Position numbers and translations under genes: made by a program
Shown here: piece after piece, positions 16,404 through 27,847 of the stretch
Layout of the letters: each line of letters begins with the position of its first letter
How positions within the stretch are numbered: the stretch's first letter is position 1
Notes under the pieces: model-generated
Databases searched by the model: none
Told to the model about the DNA's origin: nothing
What the model saw: the letters and a program-made list of their open reading frames with translations, nothing else
From: a virus
Taxonomy: Duplodnaviria > Heunggongvirae > Uroviricota > Caudoviricetes
IMG/VR virus record: IMGVR_UViG_2563366845_000003
Location: 1-40,875 of that record
DNA length: 40,875 nt
Strand: one strand, 5' to 3'

Positions 16404-17023
16404 GACTCGAAAGCGTAGCTAAATTTCATTCGCCAAAAAGCCCGATGATGAGCGACTCACCACGGGCTACGGCTTCTGACTCTCTTTCCGGTACTGATGT
16501 GATGGCTGCTATGGGGATGGCGCAATCACAAGCCGGATTCGGAATGGCTGCATTCTGCGGTAAGCATGAACTCAGCCAGAACGACAAACAAAAGGCTATC
16601 AACTATCTGATGCAATTTGCACACAAGGTATCGGGGAAATACCGTGGCGTTGCAAAGCTTGAAGGAAATACTAAGGCAAAGGTACTGCAAGTGCTCGCAA
16701 CATTCGCTTATGCGGATTATTGCCGTAGTGCCGCGACGCCGGGTGCAAGATGCAGAGATTGCCACGGTACAGGTCGTGCGGTTGATATAGCAAAAACAGA
16801 GCAGTGGGGGAGAGTTGTTGAGAAAGAGTGCGGAAGATGCAAAGGCGTTGGCTATTCAAGGATGCCAGCAAGCGCAGCATATCGCGCTGTGACGATGCTA
16901 ATCCCAAACCTTACCCAACCCACCTGGTCACGCACTGTTAAGCCGCTGTATGACGCTCTGGTGGTGCAATGCCACAAAGAAGAGTCAATCGCAGACAGCA
17001 TTTTGAATGCGGTCACACGTTAG
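16400..17023 (+). CDS. Q: Late antiterminator Q (lambda type)
   Basis: 207 aa MRLESVAKFHSPKSPMMSDSPRATASDSLSGTDVMAAMGMAQSQAGFGMAAFCGKHELSQNDKQKAINYLMQF ... essentially identical to lambda Q. Confidence 0.97.
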   Translation: MRLESVAKFHSPKSPMMSDSPRATASDSLSGTDVMAAMGMAQSQAGFGMAAFCGKHELSQNDKQKAINYLMQFAHKVSGKYRGVAKLEGNTKAKVLQVLATFAYADYCRSAATPGARCRDCHGTGRAVDIAKTEQWGRVVEKECGRCKGVGYSRMPASAAYRAVTMLIPNLTQPTWSRTVKPLYDALVVQCHKEESIADSILNAVTR

Positions 17024-17065
17024 CGGCATGATTGCCACGGATGGCAACATCTTTACGGCATGATA

Positions 17066-17094
17066 TTGACTTTTTGAATAAAGTTGGGTAAATT
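17066..17094 (+). promoter_or_regulatory. Late promoter pR' with overlapping qut site (-35 TTGACT, 17 bp spacer, -10 TAAATT)
   Basis: Hexamers at 17066..17071 and 17089..17094; sequence through the early transcribed region matches lambda pR'/qut, including the pause-inducing region. Confidence 0.8.
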
Positions 17095-17130
17095 TGACAT
17101 CAACGATGGATAAATGCACTCGTTAAGTAA

Positions 17131-17160
17131 AGCCCTGAGTTAATAGCTCGGGGCTTTTTG
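17131..17160 (+). terminator. Intrinsic terminator about 55 nt downstream of pR' (tR'-like, terminating a short 6S-like RNA)
   Basis: AGCCCTGAG-ttaatag-CTCGGGGCT followed by TTTTT; 9 bp stem with one G-U pair. Confidence 0.75.
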
Positions 17161-17176
17161 CGTTACAATCACAAAG

Positions 17177-17250
17177 GGAAGAGCGTTAGGTGAATCGGCG
17201 ATACTGCCCCACAAGCCCGTTAATCGATAGAGGTAGACTAGCGCTCTTCC
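17177..17250. repeat. Long-range 9 bp inverted repeat (GGAAGAGCG ... CGCTCTTCC) enclosing 56 nt
   Basis: Read directly; this block is the part of the pR'-to-S leader that differs from the lambda sequence as I recall it, while flanks match lambda. Confidence 0.5.
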
Positions 17251-17580
17251 TTTTGTGCTGAATTAAGCGAATGCCGGAAGCAGAACCGGATCACCAAATG
17301 CGTACAGGCGTCATCGCCGCCCAGCAAAAGCACAACCCAAACTGAGCCGTAGCCACTGGCTATCCTGAATTCATCAGTGATAGTTATGCTGCGGCCTTCT
17401 GCACATGACCTTCGTGAAAGCGGGTGGCATGAGGTTGCTCTAACAACCTCCTGCCGTTTTGCCCGTGCATATCGGTCACGAACAAATCTGATTACTAAAC
17501 ACAGTAGCCTGGATTTGTTCTATCAGTAATCGACCTTATTCCTAATTAAATAGAGCAAATCCCCTTATTGGGGGTAAGAC

Positions 17581-17904
17581 ATGAAGATGCCAGAAAAACA
17601 TGACCTGTTAGCCGCCATTCTCGCGGCAAAGGAACAAGGCATCGGGGCAATCCTTGCGTTTGCAATGGCGTACCTTCGCGGCAGATATAATGGCGGTGCG
17701 TTTACAAAAACAGTAATCGACGCAACGATGTGCGCCATTATCGCCTGGTTCATTCGTGACCTTCTCGACTTCGCCGGACTAAGTAGCAATCTCGCTTATA
17801 TAACGAGCGTGTTCATCGGCTACATCGGTACTGACTCGATTGGTTCGCTTATCAAACGCTTCGCTGCTAAAAAAGCCGGAGTAGAAGATGGTGGAAATCA
17901 ATAA
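17581..17904 (+). CDS. S: Holin S (lambda S107/S105 dual-start)
   Basis: [39 protein letters not shown] ... identical in character to lambda S, with the Met1-Lys-Met3 dual-start motif. Confidence 0.97.
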   Translation: MKMPEKHDLLAAILAAKEQGIGAILAFAMAYLRGRYNGGAFTKTVIDATMCAIIAWFIRDLLDFAGLSSNLAYITSVFIGYIGTDSIGSLIKRFAAKKAGVEDGGNQ

Positions 17905-18364
17905 TCAACGTAAGGCGTTCCTCGATATGCTGGCGTGGTCAGAGGGAACTGATAACGGACGTCAAAAAACCAGAAATCATGGTTATGACGTCATTGTTGG
18001 CGGAGAGCTATTCACTGATTACTCCGATCACCCCCGCAAACTTGTCACGCTAAACCCCAAACTCAAATCAACAGCCGCAGGACGTTACCAGCTTCTTTCC
18101 CGTTGGTGGGATGCCTACCGCAAGCAGCTTGGCCTGAAAGACTTCTCTCCGAAAAGTCAGGACGCTGTGGCATTGCAGCAGATTAAGGAGCGTGGCGCTT
18201 TGCCGATGATTGATCGCGGTGATATCCGTCAGGCAATCGACCGTTGCAGCAATATCTGGGCTTCACTGCCGGGTGCTGGTTATGGCCAGTTCGAGCATAA
18301 GGCTGACAGCCTGATTGCAAAATTCAAAGAGGCTGGCGGAACGGTCAGAGAGATTGAGGTATGA
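17888..18364 (+). CDS. R: Endolysin R (lambda-type lytic transglycosylase)
   Basis: [51 protein letters not shown] ... matches lambda R. Confidence 0.97.
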   Translation: MVEINNQRKAFLDMLAWSEGTDNGRQKTRNHGYDVIVGGELFTDYSDHPRKLVTLNPKLKSTAAGRYQLLSRWWDAYRKQLGLKDFSPKSQDAVALQQIKERGALPMIDRGDIRQAIDRCSNIWASLPGAGYGQFEHKADSLIAKFKEAGGTVREIEV

Positions 18365-18798
18365 GCAGAGTCACCGCGATTATCTCCGCTCTGGTTATCT
18401 GCATCATCGTTTGCCTGTCATGGGCTGTTAATCATTACCGTGATAACGCCATTACCTATAAAGAACAGCGCGATAAAGCCACGTACATCATCGCTGACAT
18501 GCAGAAGCGTCAACGTGATGTAGCAGAACTCAACGCCAGATATACAAAGGAGCTTGCTGATGCTAACGCGACTATCGAAAGTCTCCGTGCTGATGTTTCT
18601 GCTGGTCGTAAGCGCCTGCAAGTCTCCGCCACCTGTGCAAAGTCAACGACCGGAGCCAGCAGCATGGGCGATGGAGAAAGCCCAAGACTTACAGCAGATG
18701 CTGAACTCAATTATTACCGTCTACGAAGTGGAATCGACAGGATAACCGCGCAGGTTAACTACTTGCAGGAATACATCAGGACGCAATGCCTTCGATGA
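18361..18798 (+). CDS. Rz: Spanin inner-membrane subunit Rz
   Basis: [35 protein letters not shown]-terminus identical to lambda Rz; the C-terminal half diverges. Confidence 0.9.
   Translation: MSRVTAIISALVICIIVCLSWAVNHYRDNAITYKEQRDKATYIIADMQKRQRDVAELNARYTKELADANATIESLRADVSAGRKRLQVSATCAKSTTGASSMGDGESPRLTADAELNYYRLRSGIDRITAQVNYLQEYIRTQCLR
18560..18745 (+). CDS. Rz1: Spanin outer-membrane lipoprotein Rz1, embedded in the +1 frame of Rz
   Basis: [20 protein letters not shown] lipoprotein signal with lipobox, Pro-rich mature part ([16 protein letters not shown]); embedded position as in lambda; track ORF 18554 begins at a TTG. Confidence 0.75.
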   Translation: MLTRLSKVSVLMFLLVVSACKSPPPVQSQRPEPAAWAMEKAQDLQQMLNSIITVYEVESTG

Positions 18799-18972
18799 TA
18801 GCGATAATTTTACTCATCATCCTTCACATCTGGCTCTGCAGACAGGGTGGTGATCACTTCTGGAGTGAATCCAGATTAAACATCTCATTGCTGATGCTTG
18901 ATATTGAGCATCTGGCGCGCGGTAAGGGGCTGCGTTGAGATAAGAGCCAGTCATTACAAATACCAGGATTTA

Positions 18973-18996
18973 GCCTCGCATTCGCGGGGCTTTTTT
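18973..18996 (+). terminator. Intrinsic terminator downstream of the lysis cassette
   Basis: GCCTCGC-attc-GCGGGGC followed by TTTTTT. Confidence 0.65.
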
Positions 18997-19140
18997 ATAT
19001 CTGAATTTCACAGCGCATCTCACGCGCATATTAACGAGAGCCTTTCAGTAAGCGAGCCTGAGAAATGCCGTTATAGGTGGCGACCTCTCTCGGGCGGCTT
19101 TTCTGTGAGACAGGCTCACTTTCTAAAAGGTAAAGACGCT

Positions 19141-19659
19141 ATGAATCATCAATTGGCTAATCTCGATTTCCGGGACATGGTGGTTGTTTCTGGTGATCGC
19201 GTGATCACAACCTCCCGCAAGGTAGCAGCTTACTTCGACAAGCAGCATCACCACATCATTCAGAAAATCGAAAAGCTAGACTGTTCGGATGAATTTCTAA
19301 CCAGCAACTTTTCGCGGGTTACCTATGAACACAAGGGTAATCAGTATGTTGAATATGAAATTTCCAAAGACGGCGCGATGTACATCATCATGTCGTTTAC
19401 CGGCAAAAAAGCTGCCGCCATCAAAGAGGCGTTTATCAAAGCATTTAATTGGATGCGTGACAGGCTGATGGAGATGGCTCACTCATACCAAAGAGAGCAC
19501 AACGAGTTAATGCTGGAGTTCATGAAGGAAAAGGATGTTGCCAGTATGTCAGGACGCTTGCTGAACCGCTGGGGCAGGATCAAAAAACCGCAACTCATAG
19601 CAAGAATCGAAAGGCTTGAGCAGCAGGCGCAAATATCGATCCCCGGACTGCCAAAGTGA
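19141..19659 (+). CDS. rha: Rha-family phage regulatory protein
   Basis: 172 aa from ATG 19141 (MNHQLANLDFRDMVVVSGDRVITTSRKVAAYFDKQHHHIIQKIEKL ...); Rha N-terminal domain signature; the track ORF over-extends upstream. Confidence 0.7.
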   Translation: MNHQLANLDFRDMVVVSGDRVITTSRKVAAYFDKQHHHIIQKIEKLDCSDEFLTSNFSRVTYEHKGNQYVEYEISKDGAMYIIMSFTGKKAAAIKEAFIKAFNWMRDRLMEMAHSYQREHNELMLEFMKEKDVASMSGRLLNRWGRIKKPQLIARIERLEQQAQISIPGLPK

Positions 19660-19942
19660 CCATTCCAAAGCCCATCTACGGGTGGGCTTGATAATGAAAC
19701 CGTGATTTACATCCCCACAATCCGGGTATGTAAAAGATAGTTCAGGCGAGAACAGATTTAACTAAATCTGTGCACCACCAGTTACGGCAGTACCACGAAA
19801 CAACCCAAGCCAGTAAGTGGGGAAATAACACTGGCAGCCACTGAAAGATGAACCTCCAGCCTTATGGCAAAAAAGATTCTTTGTGGTGGCGGACTGATGG
19901 AAAGACATCCTAATCAAGCAACCACTCTACAGGGTCATAATT

Positions 19943-20323
19943 ATGAACGACCAGCAAATCGAAAAAGAAATCGTTGAGAAAGGCAAAACAGCCCCGCGAA
20001 TCACTCCTCAGCACATCGAAGACGTGATTAAAAGCGAGCATTACTTTACTGCTTATGATGGACGTAATGGTGCCATTTCCAGCAACGAATATTGTGGCAG
20101 GGAAAAACCAGAAGAAGACGATCGTGATTTATCACCATTGAAGTTGCTCACTTTCTGCGTACTGGTGCTGAAGAATGGCTTCACCGTCACCGGAGAGAGT
20201 GCCTGTGCAAGCCCGGAAAACTTTGATGCAGAAATTGGTCGGAAGATTGCCCGGCAGAATGCTGTAAACAAAATCTGGATGCTCGAAGGTTACTTGCTGA
20301 AGCAGAAGCTAAGCGAACAGTAG
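19943..20323 (+). CDS. Hypothetical phage protein (possibly Gp49/Sf6 gene-66 family)
   Basis: 126 aa ATG-initiated ORF; C-terminal ENFDAEIGRKIARQNAVNKIWMLEGYLLKQ; family assignment tentative. Confidence 0.5.
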   Translation: MNDQQIEKEIVEKGKTAPRITPQHIEDVIKSEHYFTAYDGRNGAISSNEYCGREKPEEDDRDLSPLKLLTFCVLVLKNGFTVTGESACASPENFDAEIGRKIARQNAVNKIWMLEGYLLKQKLSEQ

Positions 20324-20426
20324 TTATTACAAAAGCCATTCCCTACAGAGTGGCTTTGATAATGGCTTATACCCTACACGGGATAACTTAACTGATATCC
20401 CTTTTAACGGATAAACGGAGCCAACA

Positions 20427-20669
20427 ATGGCAGAGATTATTCCCATGACTGAAGAACAGAAATTCCAGTTAGAGATTTACAAACTGGTCATGAACCAGAA
20501 CGCAGCCGCAGAGGAAGCATTTCAGTTCATTGGTACTGACGAGCTGAAGCTTGAGCTATTCAAAATTCACTTCCAGTCAGGCGGCGCTAATTCAGATATC
20601 ACGACCCGCACTATCGAAGCGGTGCGTAAATCGAAGGAAGCGTTAGACCTGTTCACTACCGGAGCATAA
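20427..20669 (+). CDS. Hypothetical small protein (80 aa)
   Basis: ATG-initiated ORF with GGAG-like Shine-Dalgarno (aaacggagccaacaATG). Confidence 0.5.
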   Translation: MAEIIPMTEEQKFQLEIYKLVMNQNAAAEEAFQFIGTDELKLELFKIHFQSGGANSDITTRTIEAVRKSKEALDLFTTGA

Positions 20670-20748
20670 ACATGGCAACTCAAGGTTTCGACAACCCATC
20701 CAAATTCCGCGATGAATGGGATAAGCAAGCAGAAGGGAAATAATCAAT

Positions 20749-21237
20749 ATGGCAGCACCAAAGGGCAACCGATTTTGGGAGGCCCGCAGTAGTCATGGGC
20801 GAAATCCTAAATTCGAATCGCCTGAGGCGCTGTGGGCTGCTTGTTGTGAATACTTCGAGTGGGCTGATGATAACCCGCTATGGGAGGGTAAGGTATTTTC
20901 ATATCAGGGAGAAATAATTAAGGCTAATGTCCCTAAGATGCGAGCCATGACTATTTCAGGATTGTGTACCTTCCTTGATATCACCAGGCAAACATGGGGA
21001 ACCTTCCGGTCAATGGAAGGTTTTTCTGACGTCACATCACGAGCGGAAGACATCATCTACGACCAGAAATTCTCTGGCGCAGCCGCTGATCTTCTCAACG
21101 CTAACATCATCGCCCGTGATTTGGGCCTCAAAGAGCAGTCGCAAGTTGAAGACGTGACACCTGATAAGGGAGATCGCGATAAGCGGCGCTCTCGTATCAA
21201 GGAGCTATTCAACCGTGGAACTGGACGCGATTCTTGA
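20749..21237 (+). CDS. Terminase small subunit (P22 gp3-like)
   Basis: 162 aa, same length as P22 gp3; immediately upstream of and overlapping the large terminase gene. Confidence 0.65.
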   Translation: MAAPKGNRFWEARSSHGRNPKFESPEALWAACCEYFEWADDNPLWEGKVFSYQGEIIKANVPKMRAMTISGLCTFLDITRQTWGTFRSMEGFSDVTSRAEDIIYDQKFSGAAADLLNANIIARDLGLKEQSQVEDVTPDKGDRDKRRSRIKELFNRGTGRDS

Positions 21238-22714
21238 TAACCTGAGCGACGAAGAGCAAATCGAATTGCTCGAGCTACTCGAAGAAGAAGAGAACTACCG
21301 GAACACACACCTGCTATATGAATTTACGCCATACAGCAAACAGCGTGAGTTCATCGACGCCGGGCATGACTATCCAGAGCGCTGTTTTATGGCTGGTAAC
21401 CAGCTTGGTAAGTCATTTACTGGTGCTGCTGAAGTCGCGTTTCACCTTACCGGGCGTTATCCGGGCACAAAAGGCTATCCTGCTGATGGTAAATATGGCG
21501 GTGAGTGGAAAGGTAAGCGTTTCTATGAGCCTGTTGTCTTCTGGATTGGTGGCGAGACAAACGAGACTGTAACCAAAACGACTCAACGCATCCTGTGTGG
21601 TCGTATCGAAGAGAATGGTGAGCCAGGCTACGGTTCCATACCTAAAGAAGACATCATTAGCTGGAAGAAGTCTCCTTTCTTTCCGAACCTTGTTGATCAC
21701 CTTCTGGTTAAGCATCACACGGCTGATGGCGTTGAAGATGGCATTTCAATCTGCTACTTCAAGCCATACTCGCAAGGTCGTGCTCGCTGGCAGGGTGACA
21801 CAATCCACGGCGTGTGGTTTGACGAAGAGCCACCATACAGCATTTATGGTGAAGGCCTTACCCGTACCAACAAATACGGGCAATTCTCAATTCTGACGTT
21901 TACCCCGCTGATGGGGATGTCTGACGTTGTTACCAAGTTCCTGAAGAATCCAAGCAAGTCGCAGAAAGTGGTCAACATGACCATCTACGACGCTGAGCAC
22001 TACACAGACGAACAGAAAGAGCAAATCATCGCATCCTATCCCGAGCATGAGAGAGAGGCGCGTGCTCGCGGTATTCCTACGATGGGTAGCGGTCGAATCT
22101 TCCAGATACCGGAAGAGACGATTAAGTGTCAGCCGTTCGAGTGTCCTGATCACTTCTACGTAATTGGTGGGATGGATTTCGGATGGGATCACCCACAGGC
22201 GCAGGTTCAGCTTTGGTGGGATAAGGACGCAGACACAATCTACGTTTCACGCGTGTGGAAGGCGAAAGAAAAAACAGCTGTTCAGGCATGGGGAGCTGTT
22301 AAATCATGGGCGCATAAAGTGCCAACCGCATGGCCTCATGACGGAAACCAGCACGAGAAGGGCGGCGGTGAGCAGCTCAAAGGGCAGTATGCAGATGCTG
22401 GTTTTATGATGTTGCAGGAGCATGCGACATGGCCTGATGGCGGTAATGCTGTGGAGCCTGGCATCACTGAATTGCGCGACATGATGCTCGATGGTCGCTT
22501 CAAAGTATTCAACACCTGTGAGCCATTCTTTGAGGAGTTCCGCCTCTATCACCGTGATGAAAACGGGAAAATCGTCAAGCTTAACGACGACGTTCTCTCA
22601 GCCGTTCGCTATGCATACATGATGCGCCGCTTCGCCAAAATGATGCGCGACATCAAAAAACCAAAAGAGAAAAAGATACCAGCCCCAATCAGGCCCATCG
22701 CACGGAGAACTTAA
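21215..22714 (+). CDS. Terminase large subunit (P22 gp2-like)
   Basis: 499 aa; GTG start with AAGGAG Shine-Dalgarno; ATPase and nuclease-type motifs; followed directly by the portal gene. Confidence 0.85.
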   Translation: MELDAILDNLSDEEQIELLELLEEEENYRNTHLLYEFTPYSKQREFIDAGHDYPERCFMAGNQLGKSFTGAAEVAFHLTGRYPGTKGYPADGKYGGEWKGKRFYEPVVFWIGGETNETVTKTTQRILCGRIEENGEPGYGSIPKEDIISWKKSPFFPNLVDHLLVKHHTADGVEDGISICYFKPYSQGRARWQGDTIHGVWFDEEPPYSIYGEGLTRTNKYGQFSILTFTPLMGMSDVVTKFLKNPSKSQKVVNMTIYDAEHYTDEQKEQIIASYPEHEREARARGIPTMGSGRIFQIPEETIKCQPFECPDHFYVIGGMDFGWDHPQAQVQLWWDKDADTIYVSRVWKAKEKTAVQAWGAVKSWAHKVPTAWPHDGNQHEKGGGEQLKGQYADAGFMMLQEHATWPDGGNAVEPGITELRDMMLDGRFKVFNTCEPFFEEFRLYHRDENGKIVKLNDDVLSAVRYAYMMRRFAKMMRDIKKPKEKKIPAPIRPIARRT

Positions 22715-24880
22715 ATGGCCGACGAAAACAGACTCAATTCCATTCTGTGTAAGTTTGACGCGGACTGGATGGCGAGCGATGAAGCCAGAACCGAGGCGAC
22801 AAATGACCTGTATTTTAGCCGAGTGTCGCAATGGGATGACTGGCTATCAAACTACACTACCCTGCAATATCGCGGACAATTCGATGTTGTTCGCCCGGTG
22901 GTCAGGAAACTGGTAGCAGAGATGCGCCGGAACCCTATCGACGTTCTCTTCCGACCCAAAGACGGCGCTAATCCTGATGCTGCCGATGTGTTGATGGGAA
23001 TGTATCGTACTGATATGCGCCATAACACGGCAAAGATTGCCGTTAACGTTGGCGTTCGTGAGCAGATAGAGTCCGGCGTTGGTGCATGGCGTCTGGTCAC
23101 CCAGTACGAAGACAACGACCCAACAAGCAACAATCAGGTAATCCGACGACTGCCAATCCATGAAGCCTGCTCACACGTCATATGGGACGCCAACAGCAAG
23201 CAGATGGATAAGAGCGACGCTAAGCACTGCACGGTGATTAACGCCTTGTCGCGCAATGGCTGGAAAGAGTTCGCAGAGGATTACGGTATTGATCCGGACA
23301 CCTTGCCATCTTTCCAGAATCCGAACGATACATGGCTGTTTCCGTGGGTATCGAATGATGTCGTCTACGTCGCTGAGTATTACGAGGTCGAAGAGAAGAA
23401 AGAAAAAGTCTTCATCTACCGCGACCCGCTGACAGGTGAGCCGGTCAGCTATTACCAGCAGGATATCAAAGACGTCATCGACGATCTGGCTAATCGTGGA
23501 TTCATTAAGGTAGCAGAGCGTAAGGTCAAGCGTCGGCGTGTGTATAAGTCGATCATCACATGCACACAGATACTGAAAGACCGCGAGAAGATAGCCGGAG
23601 AGCATATTCCAATCGTTCCAGTGTATGGCGAATGGTCCTTCGCTGGTGACAAGGAGTGCTACGAAGGAGTGGTAAGGCTGACGAAAGACGGTCAGCGCCT
23701 TCGTAACATGATCATGTCATTCAACGCCGATATTGTTGCTCGTTCACCGAAGAAGAAACCGACCTTTTTCCCTGAGCAAATCGAAGGCTACGAATACATG
23801 TACGGTGGAAATGATGACTATCCGTACTATCTCCAGAACAGGACTGATGAAAACGGTAACGACCTGCCGATTGGTCCAATCTCCTACATGGAAAACCCTG
23901 AAGTGCCGCAAGCCAACGCTTACATGCTTGAGGCTGCCACCAACGCAGTGAAAGAGGTGGCTAGTCTTGGTGTGGATGCGCAGGCAGCAAACTCTCAGGT
24001 CGCTTTCGATACCGTCAATCAACTGAACATGCGGGCAGACCTTGAGACATACGTGTTTCAGGATAACCTGGCTACCGCAATGCGACGTGATGGCGAGATT
24101 TATGCCTCAATGGTCAACGATATTTATGACGTTCCTCGTCATGTAACGCTGACACTTGAAGATGGAAGCGAGAAAGACGTTCAACTCTACGCGCAAGTTG
24201 TAGATTACCATTCCGGTAATGTGGTCACACTCAACGACATTCGCGGTCGCTATGAGTGCTATACAGACGTCGGACCATCCTTCCAGAGTATGAAGGAACA
24301 GAACCGCGCAGAGATTCAGGAGTTGCTAACCAAGGTTCCGCAAGGTACTCCAGAGTTCCAGATGCTGATGCTGCAATACTTCACGTTGCTTGACGGTAAA
24401 GGCGTCGAGATGATGCGAGAGTACGCGAACAAGCAACTGGTGATGATGGGGCTGAAGAAACCAGAAACACCTGAAGAGATGGAGATGGTACAGCAGGCAC
24501 AACAACAGCCGCAGCAGCCATCAGCAGAGCAAATTCAGGCGCAGGGTATCCTTCTGCAAGGTCAGGCTGAATTGCTCAAGGCAGAGAACCAACAGGCGCA
24601 GATTCAGGTTGAAGCCGCCAAGGTTGAAGCCCAAAACCAACTCAATGCCGCGAAGATTGCAGAAATCTTCAACAATATGGACCTCGACAAGCAGGCAGAA
24701 CTGCGTGAGTACCTCAAGCTCGTAGGTCAATTCCAGCAACAGCGCAGCAAAGATGCTCGTGCTAACGCTGAGCTGCTTCTTAAAGATGCAGACCAGACTC
24801 ATTCACAACGCATGGATTTCGCGAATCTTATGCGTCAAGTTCAAATCCCCTCCGGCGGAGTAGCCGAGACACCTCAATAA
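22715..24880 (+). CDS. Portal protein (P22 gp1-like)
   Basis: 721 aa; [45 protein letters not shown] ... closely resembles P22 portal. Confidence 0.92.
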   Translation: MADENRLNSILCKFDADWMASDEARTEATNDLYFSRVSQWDDWLSNYTTLQYRGQFDVVRPVVRKLVAEMRRNPIDVLFRPKDGANPDAADVLMGMYRTDMRHNTAKIAVNVGVREQIESGVGAWRLVTQYEDNDPTSNNQVIRRLPIHEACSHVIWDANSKQMDKSDAKHCTVINALSRNGWKEFAEDYGIDPDTLPSFQNPNDTWLFPWVSNDVVYVAEYYEVEEKKEKVFIYRDPLTGEPVSYYQQDIKDVIDDLANRGFIKVAERKVKRRRVYKSIITCTQILKDREKIAGEHIPIVPVYGEWSFAGDKECYEGVVRLTKDGQRLRNMIMSFNADIVARSPKKKPTFFPEQIEGYEYMYGGNDDYPYYLQNRTDENGNDLPIGPISYMENPEVPQANAYMLEAATNAVKEVASLGVDAQAANSQVAFDTVNQLNMRADLETYVFQDNLATAMRRDGEIYASMVNDIYDVPRHVTLTLEDGSEKDVQLYAQVVDYHSGNVVTLNDIRGRYECYTDVGPSFQSMKEQNRAEIQELLTKVPQGTPEFQMLMLQYFTLLDGKGVEMMREYANKQLVMMGLKKPETPEEMEMVQQAQQQPQQPSAEQIQAQGILLQGQAELLKAENQQAQIQVEAAKVEAQNQLNAAKIAEIFNNMDLDKQAELREYLKLVGQFQQQRSKDARANAELLLKDADQTHSQRMDFANLMRQVQIPSGGVAETPQ

Positions 24881-24893
24881 GAGAGAGTTAACC

Positions 24894-25805
24894 ATGGACC
24901 AAACCACCGACATTCAGGCTTCTGAAGAATTAACCCTGCCCGGCAATCATGCAGCGGCATCTGCTGATGGCTTAGTTGTCGATAATGCCAACGACAACGC
25001 AGGTCAGGAAGAAGGCTTCGAGATTGTCCTGAAAGACGATGAGAAACCAAAACAAGACCCGGCAACTAATGCTGAATTTGCCCGTCGCCGCATTGAACGC
25101 AAACGCCAGCGTGAGCTTGAGCAGCAGATGGAAGCGGTTAAGCGTGGAGAGTTGCCGGAGCACCTGCGGGTGAACCCTGAGTTACCAAAACAACCAGACC
25201 CTAACGATTATCTTTCCGAAGATGCACTGGCTAAGTACGACTATGACCAGAGCCGCGCACTGGCTGCCTTCCAGCAGGCAAACAGTGAATGGCAGATCAA
25301 GGCTATGGACGCACGAAGCCAGGCTGTCGCCGAGCAGGGTCGCAAAACTCAGGAGTTCACCCAGCAATCAGCGCAATACGTCGAGGCAGCCCGTAAGCAC
25401 TACGACGCAGCGGAAAAGCTCAATATCCCTGACTATCAGGAGAAAGAGGATGCATTCATGCAACTGGTGCCGCCAGCAGTCGGTGCCGACATCATGCGCC
25501 TCTTCCCGGAGAAATCCGCCGCTCTCATGTATCACCTTGGTGCTAATCCTGAGAAAACACGCCAGTTGCTGGCGATGGACGGGCAATCCGCGCTGATTGA
25601 ACTCACTCGACTGTCAGAACGTTTAACTCTCAAGCCTCGAGCCAAGCCTGTTTCAGAAGCCCCGTTACCTGATGAACCCATTCAGGGACACGCTGTTGCT
25701 GCAAATATTTCTGCGATTGAAAAGCAGATGGAAGCGGCAGCAAACAAAGGGGATGTAGAGACATACCGCAAGCTCAAGGCGCAACTGAATAAAGGAATTC
25801 GATAA
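24894..25805 (+). CDS. Scaffolding protein (P22 gp8-like)
   Basis: 303 aa; [50 protein letters not shown] ... matches P22 scaffold. Confidence 0.9.
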   Translation: MDQTTDIQASEELTLPGNHAAASADGLVVDNANDNAGQEEGFEIVLKDDEKPKQDPATNAEFARRRIERKRQRELEQQMEAVKRGELPEHLRVNPELPKQPDPNDYLSEDALAKYDYDQSRALAAFQQANSEWQIKAMDARSQAVAEQGRKTQEFTQQSAQYVEAARKHYDAAEKLNIPDYQEKEDAFMQLVPPAVGADIMRLFPEKSAALMYHLGANPEKTRQLLAMDGQSALIELTRLSERLTLKPRAKPVSEAPLPDEPIQGHAVAANISAIEKQMEAAANKGDVETYRKLKAQLNKGIR

Positions 25806-27103
25806 TGGCATTAAATGAAGGTCAACTGGTCACGTATGCTCTGGATGAAATCATCGAAACCATCCAGAACCTGACGCCAATGGCGTCTAAAGTGACAAAA
25901 TACACCCCTCCGGCAGAATCCATGCAACGTTCAAGCAATACCGTGTGGATGCCTGTTGAGCAGGAAGCGCCAACTCAGACTGGCTGGGATTTAACTGGCA
26001 ACGCTACCGGTATTCTGGAACTGTCCGTGAAATGCAACATGGGCGATCCGGATAACGATTTCTTCGAGCTTCGTGCAGATGACCTGCGTGATGAGCGTTC
26101 TTACCGTCGCCGCATCCAGGCATCAGCTAAAAAACTGGCGAATAACATTGAGTCAGCAATTGCCAAACAGGCAACTGAAATGGGCTCACTTGTTGTTCAC
26201 GATACCCGAGCAATTGGTCCATCTACTGGCCTGTCTGGCTGGGATTTTGTGTCTGATGCAGAGCGCCTGATGTTCTCCCGTGAGCTAAACCGCGATATGG
26301 GCATCAGTTACTTCCTGAACCCTGACGATTACCGCAAAGCAGGCCGCAACCTGGTAGATGGTGACATCTTCGGGCGCGTTCCTGAAGAAGCGTATCGCAA
26401 CGGTACTATTCAGCGTCAGATTGCTGGCTTTGATGAAATTCTTCGCTCACCGAAACTTCCGGCAGTTACCAAGTCAACCGCTACTGGTGTAACTGTTTCT
26501 GGTGCGCAGAAGTTTAAGCCGCAGGCATACACCCTTGATACCGATGGTAACAGAGAGAACGTCGACAACCGTGTTGCAACGGTAACCGTATCCTCCACCA
26601 CCGGATTTAAGCGCGGCGACAAAATCAGCTTCACTGGTGTGAAATTCCTGTCTCAGATGGCGAAGAACGTGCTGACTGATGATGCTACTTTCTCAATCAC
26701 CCGTGTGATCGATGATACTCACCTCGAAATCACTCCGAAACCGATTGCACTGGATGACGCGTCACTGACAAAAGAAGAGAAGGCTTACGCTAACGTAAAC
26801 ACCTCTCTTGCTGATACCACTCCGGTAAATGTTCTGAACGTGGCAACAACCACCGCTAACGTGTTCTGGGCTGATGACTCAATCCGTCTGCTGTCTCAGC
26901 CGATCCCGGTAACTCATGAACTGTTTGCTGGCATGAAAACTTCTTCCTTCAGCATTCCTGGTATTGGTGTTAACGGCATCTTCGCAACGCAGGGTGATAT
27001 CAACACTCTGTCTGGTAAGTGCCGTATTGCTGTGTGGTATTCAGCATGTGCTGTACGACCAGAGGCAATTGGTGTTGGTCTGCCTAACCAGACTGCGCGA
27101 TAA
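25805..27103 (+). CDS. Major coat protein (P22 gp5-like)
   Basis: 432 aa; [29 protein letters not shown] ... [31 protein letters not shown] matches P22 coat. Confidence 0.92.
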   Translation: MALNEGQLVTYALDEIIETIQNLTPMASKVTKYTPPAESMQRSSNTVWMPVEQEAPTQTGWDLTGNATGILELSVKCNMGDPDNDFFELRADDLRDERSYRRRIQASAKKLANNIESAIAKQATEMGSLVVHDTRAIGPSTGLSGWDFVSDAERLMFSRELNRDMGISYFLNPDDYRKAGRNLVDGDIFGRVPEEAYRNGTIQRQIAGFDEILRSPKLPAVTKSTATGVTVSGAQKFKPQAYTLDTDGNRENVDNRVATVTVSSTTGFKRGDKISFTGVKFLSQMAKNVLTDDATFSITRVIDDTHLEITPKPIALDDASLTKEEKAYANVNTSLADTTPVNVLNVATTTANVFWADDSIRLLSQPIPVTHELFAGMKTSSFSIPGIGVNGIFATQGDINTLSGKCRIAVWYSACAVRPEAIGVGLPNQTAR

Positions 27104-27107
27104 CCAG

Positions 27108-27131
27108 AGGGAGCTTCGGCTCCCTTTTTTA
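27108..27131 (+). terminator. Intrinsic terminator after the coat gene
   Basis: AGGGAGC-ttcg-GCTCCCT followed by TTTTT. Confidence 0.75.
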
Positions 27132-27144
27132 TCTGGAGACAAGC

Positions 27145-27369
27145 ATGACACACATGATCTTTCGTCATGGCGACATGAAGAAGTGGAAAGGCGTTGGCTA
27201 CGACTTTGAAATCGTGAAAGCCGAAGAGCTTCAGGAATATCTGGATGCTGGCTGGTTTTCACATCCTGATGACCTTTTGAAGGATGTTGCAGAGCCAGAA
27301 GAAAAACAGCGTAAAAAGCCCGGTCGAAAACCTAAGGCGGCAGCAGATGAACCTGACAACGAAGGGTGA
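27145..27369 (+). CDS. Hypothetical small protein (74 aa) between coat and gp4
   Basis: ATG with GGAG Shine-Dalgarno; acidic/basic C-terminus; overlaps the gp4 start. Confidence 0.5.
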   Translation: MTHMIFRHGDMKKWKGVGYDFEIVKAEELQEYLDAGWFSHPDDLLKDVAEPEEKQRKKPGRKPKAAADEPDNEG

Positions 27370-27847
27370 TTTAGTTCTTGCGGCATTACGTAAGCTCGGT
27401 GTGGCATCAAATGCCACGTTAACCGATGTCGAACCGCAGTCTATGGAAGATGGCGTCAACGACCTTGAAATGATGATGGCTGAATGGCTTGGCGGTGATG
27501 CGTCACCAGGTATCAACGTTGGCTACATTTTCGCTGATGCAGATGTCGCTCCAGATCCTGGCGATGAACACGGTTTATCAAATAACGCTATCAATGCCGT
27601 CATTTTCAACCTTGCCTGCCGCATTGCTCCGGATTATGCGCTGGAAGCGTCTGCAAAACTTATAACCACTGCCAGATACGGGAAAGAGAGACTCGTCAAA
27701 CTGTCTGCAATGGACAGAGCAAAAGCCGCAAAATGTAAGTCCGGTTATCCAAACCGTATGCCTGTTGGTAGTGGTAACCAGTTGGCGAAGTGGAACGGTT
27801 GGAATTACTTCCACCGGAAGGAACCTTGCGATGACGGGAGCGAATAA
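27347..27847 (+). CDS. Head completion / tail adaptor protein (P22 gp4-like)
   Basis: [47 protein letters not shown] ... matches P22 gp4; the track ORF over-extends upstream. Confidence 0.85.
   Translation: MNLTTKGDLVLAALRKLGVASNATLTDVEPQSMEDGVNDLEMMMAEWLGGDASPGINVGYIFADADVAPDPGDEHGLSNNAINAVIFNLACRIAPDYALEASAKLITTARYGKERLVKLSAMDRAKAAKCKSGYPNRMPVGSGNQLAKWNGWNYFHRKEPCDDGSE

Noticed and set aside
17175-17250. Possible tRNA in the pR' leader (terminal stem, about 75 nt)
   Set aside because: The closing stem is 9 bp rather than 7, there is no T-loop GTTCGA-type motif, no D-arm pattern and no CCA-compatible end.
19660-19942. Intergenic region after rha examined for tRNA or small RNA genes (hairpin AAGCCCA-N8-TGGGCTT at about 19668..19690)
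   Set aside because: The hairpin lacks a following T-tract and no tRNA-like structure was found; probably promoter or spacer sequence.
20672-20743. 23-codon ORF between the 80 aa protein and the small terminase gene
   Set aside because: Too short to support without comparative or expression evidence.
22847-25586. Multiple ORFs of 60..144 aa antisense to or out of frame within the portal and scaffold genes
   Set aside because: Portal and scaffold identities are strong and continuous; these are frame shadows.
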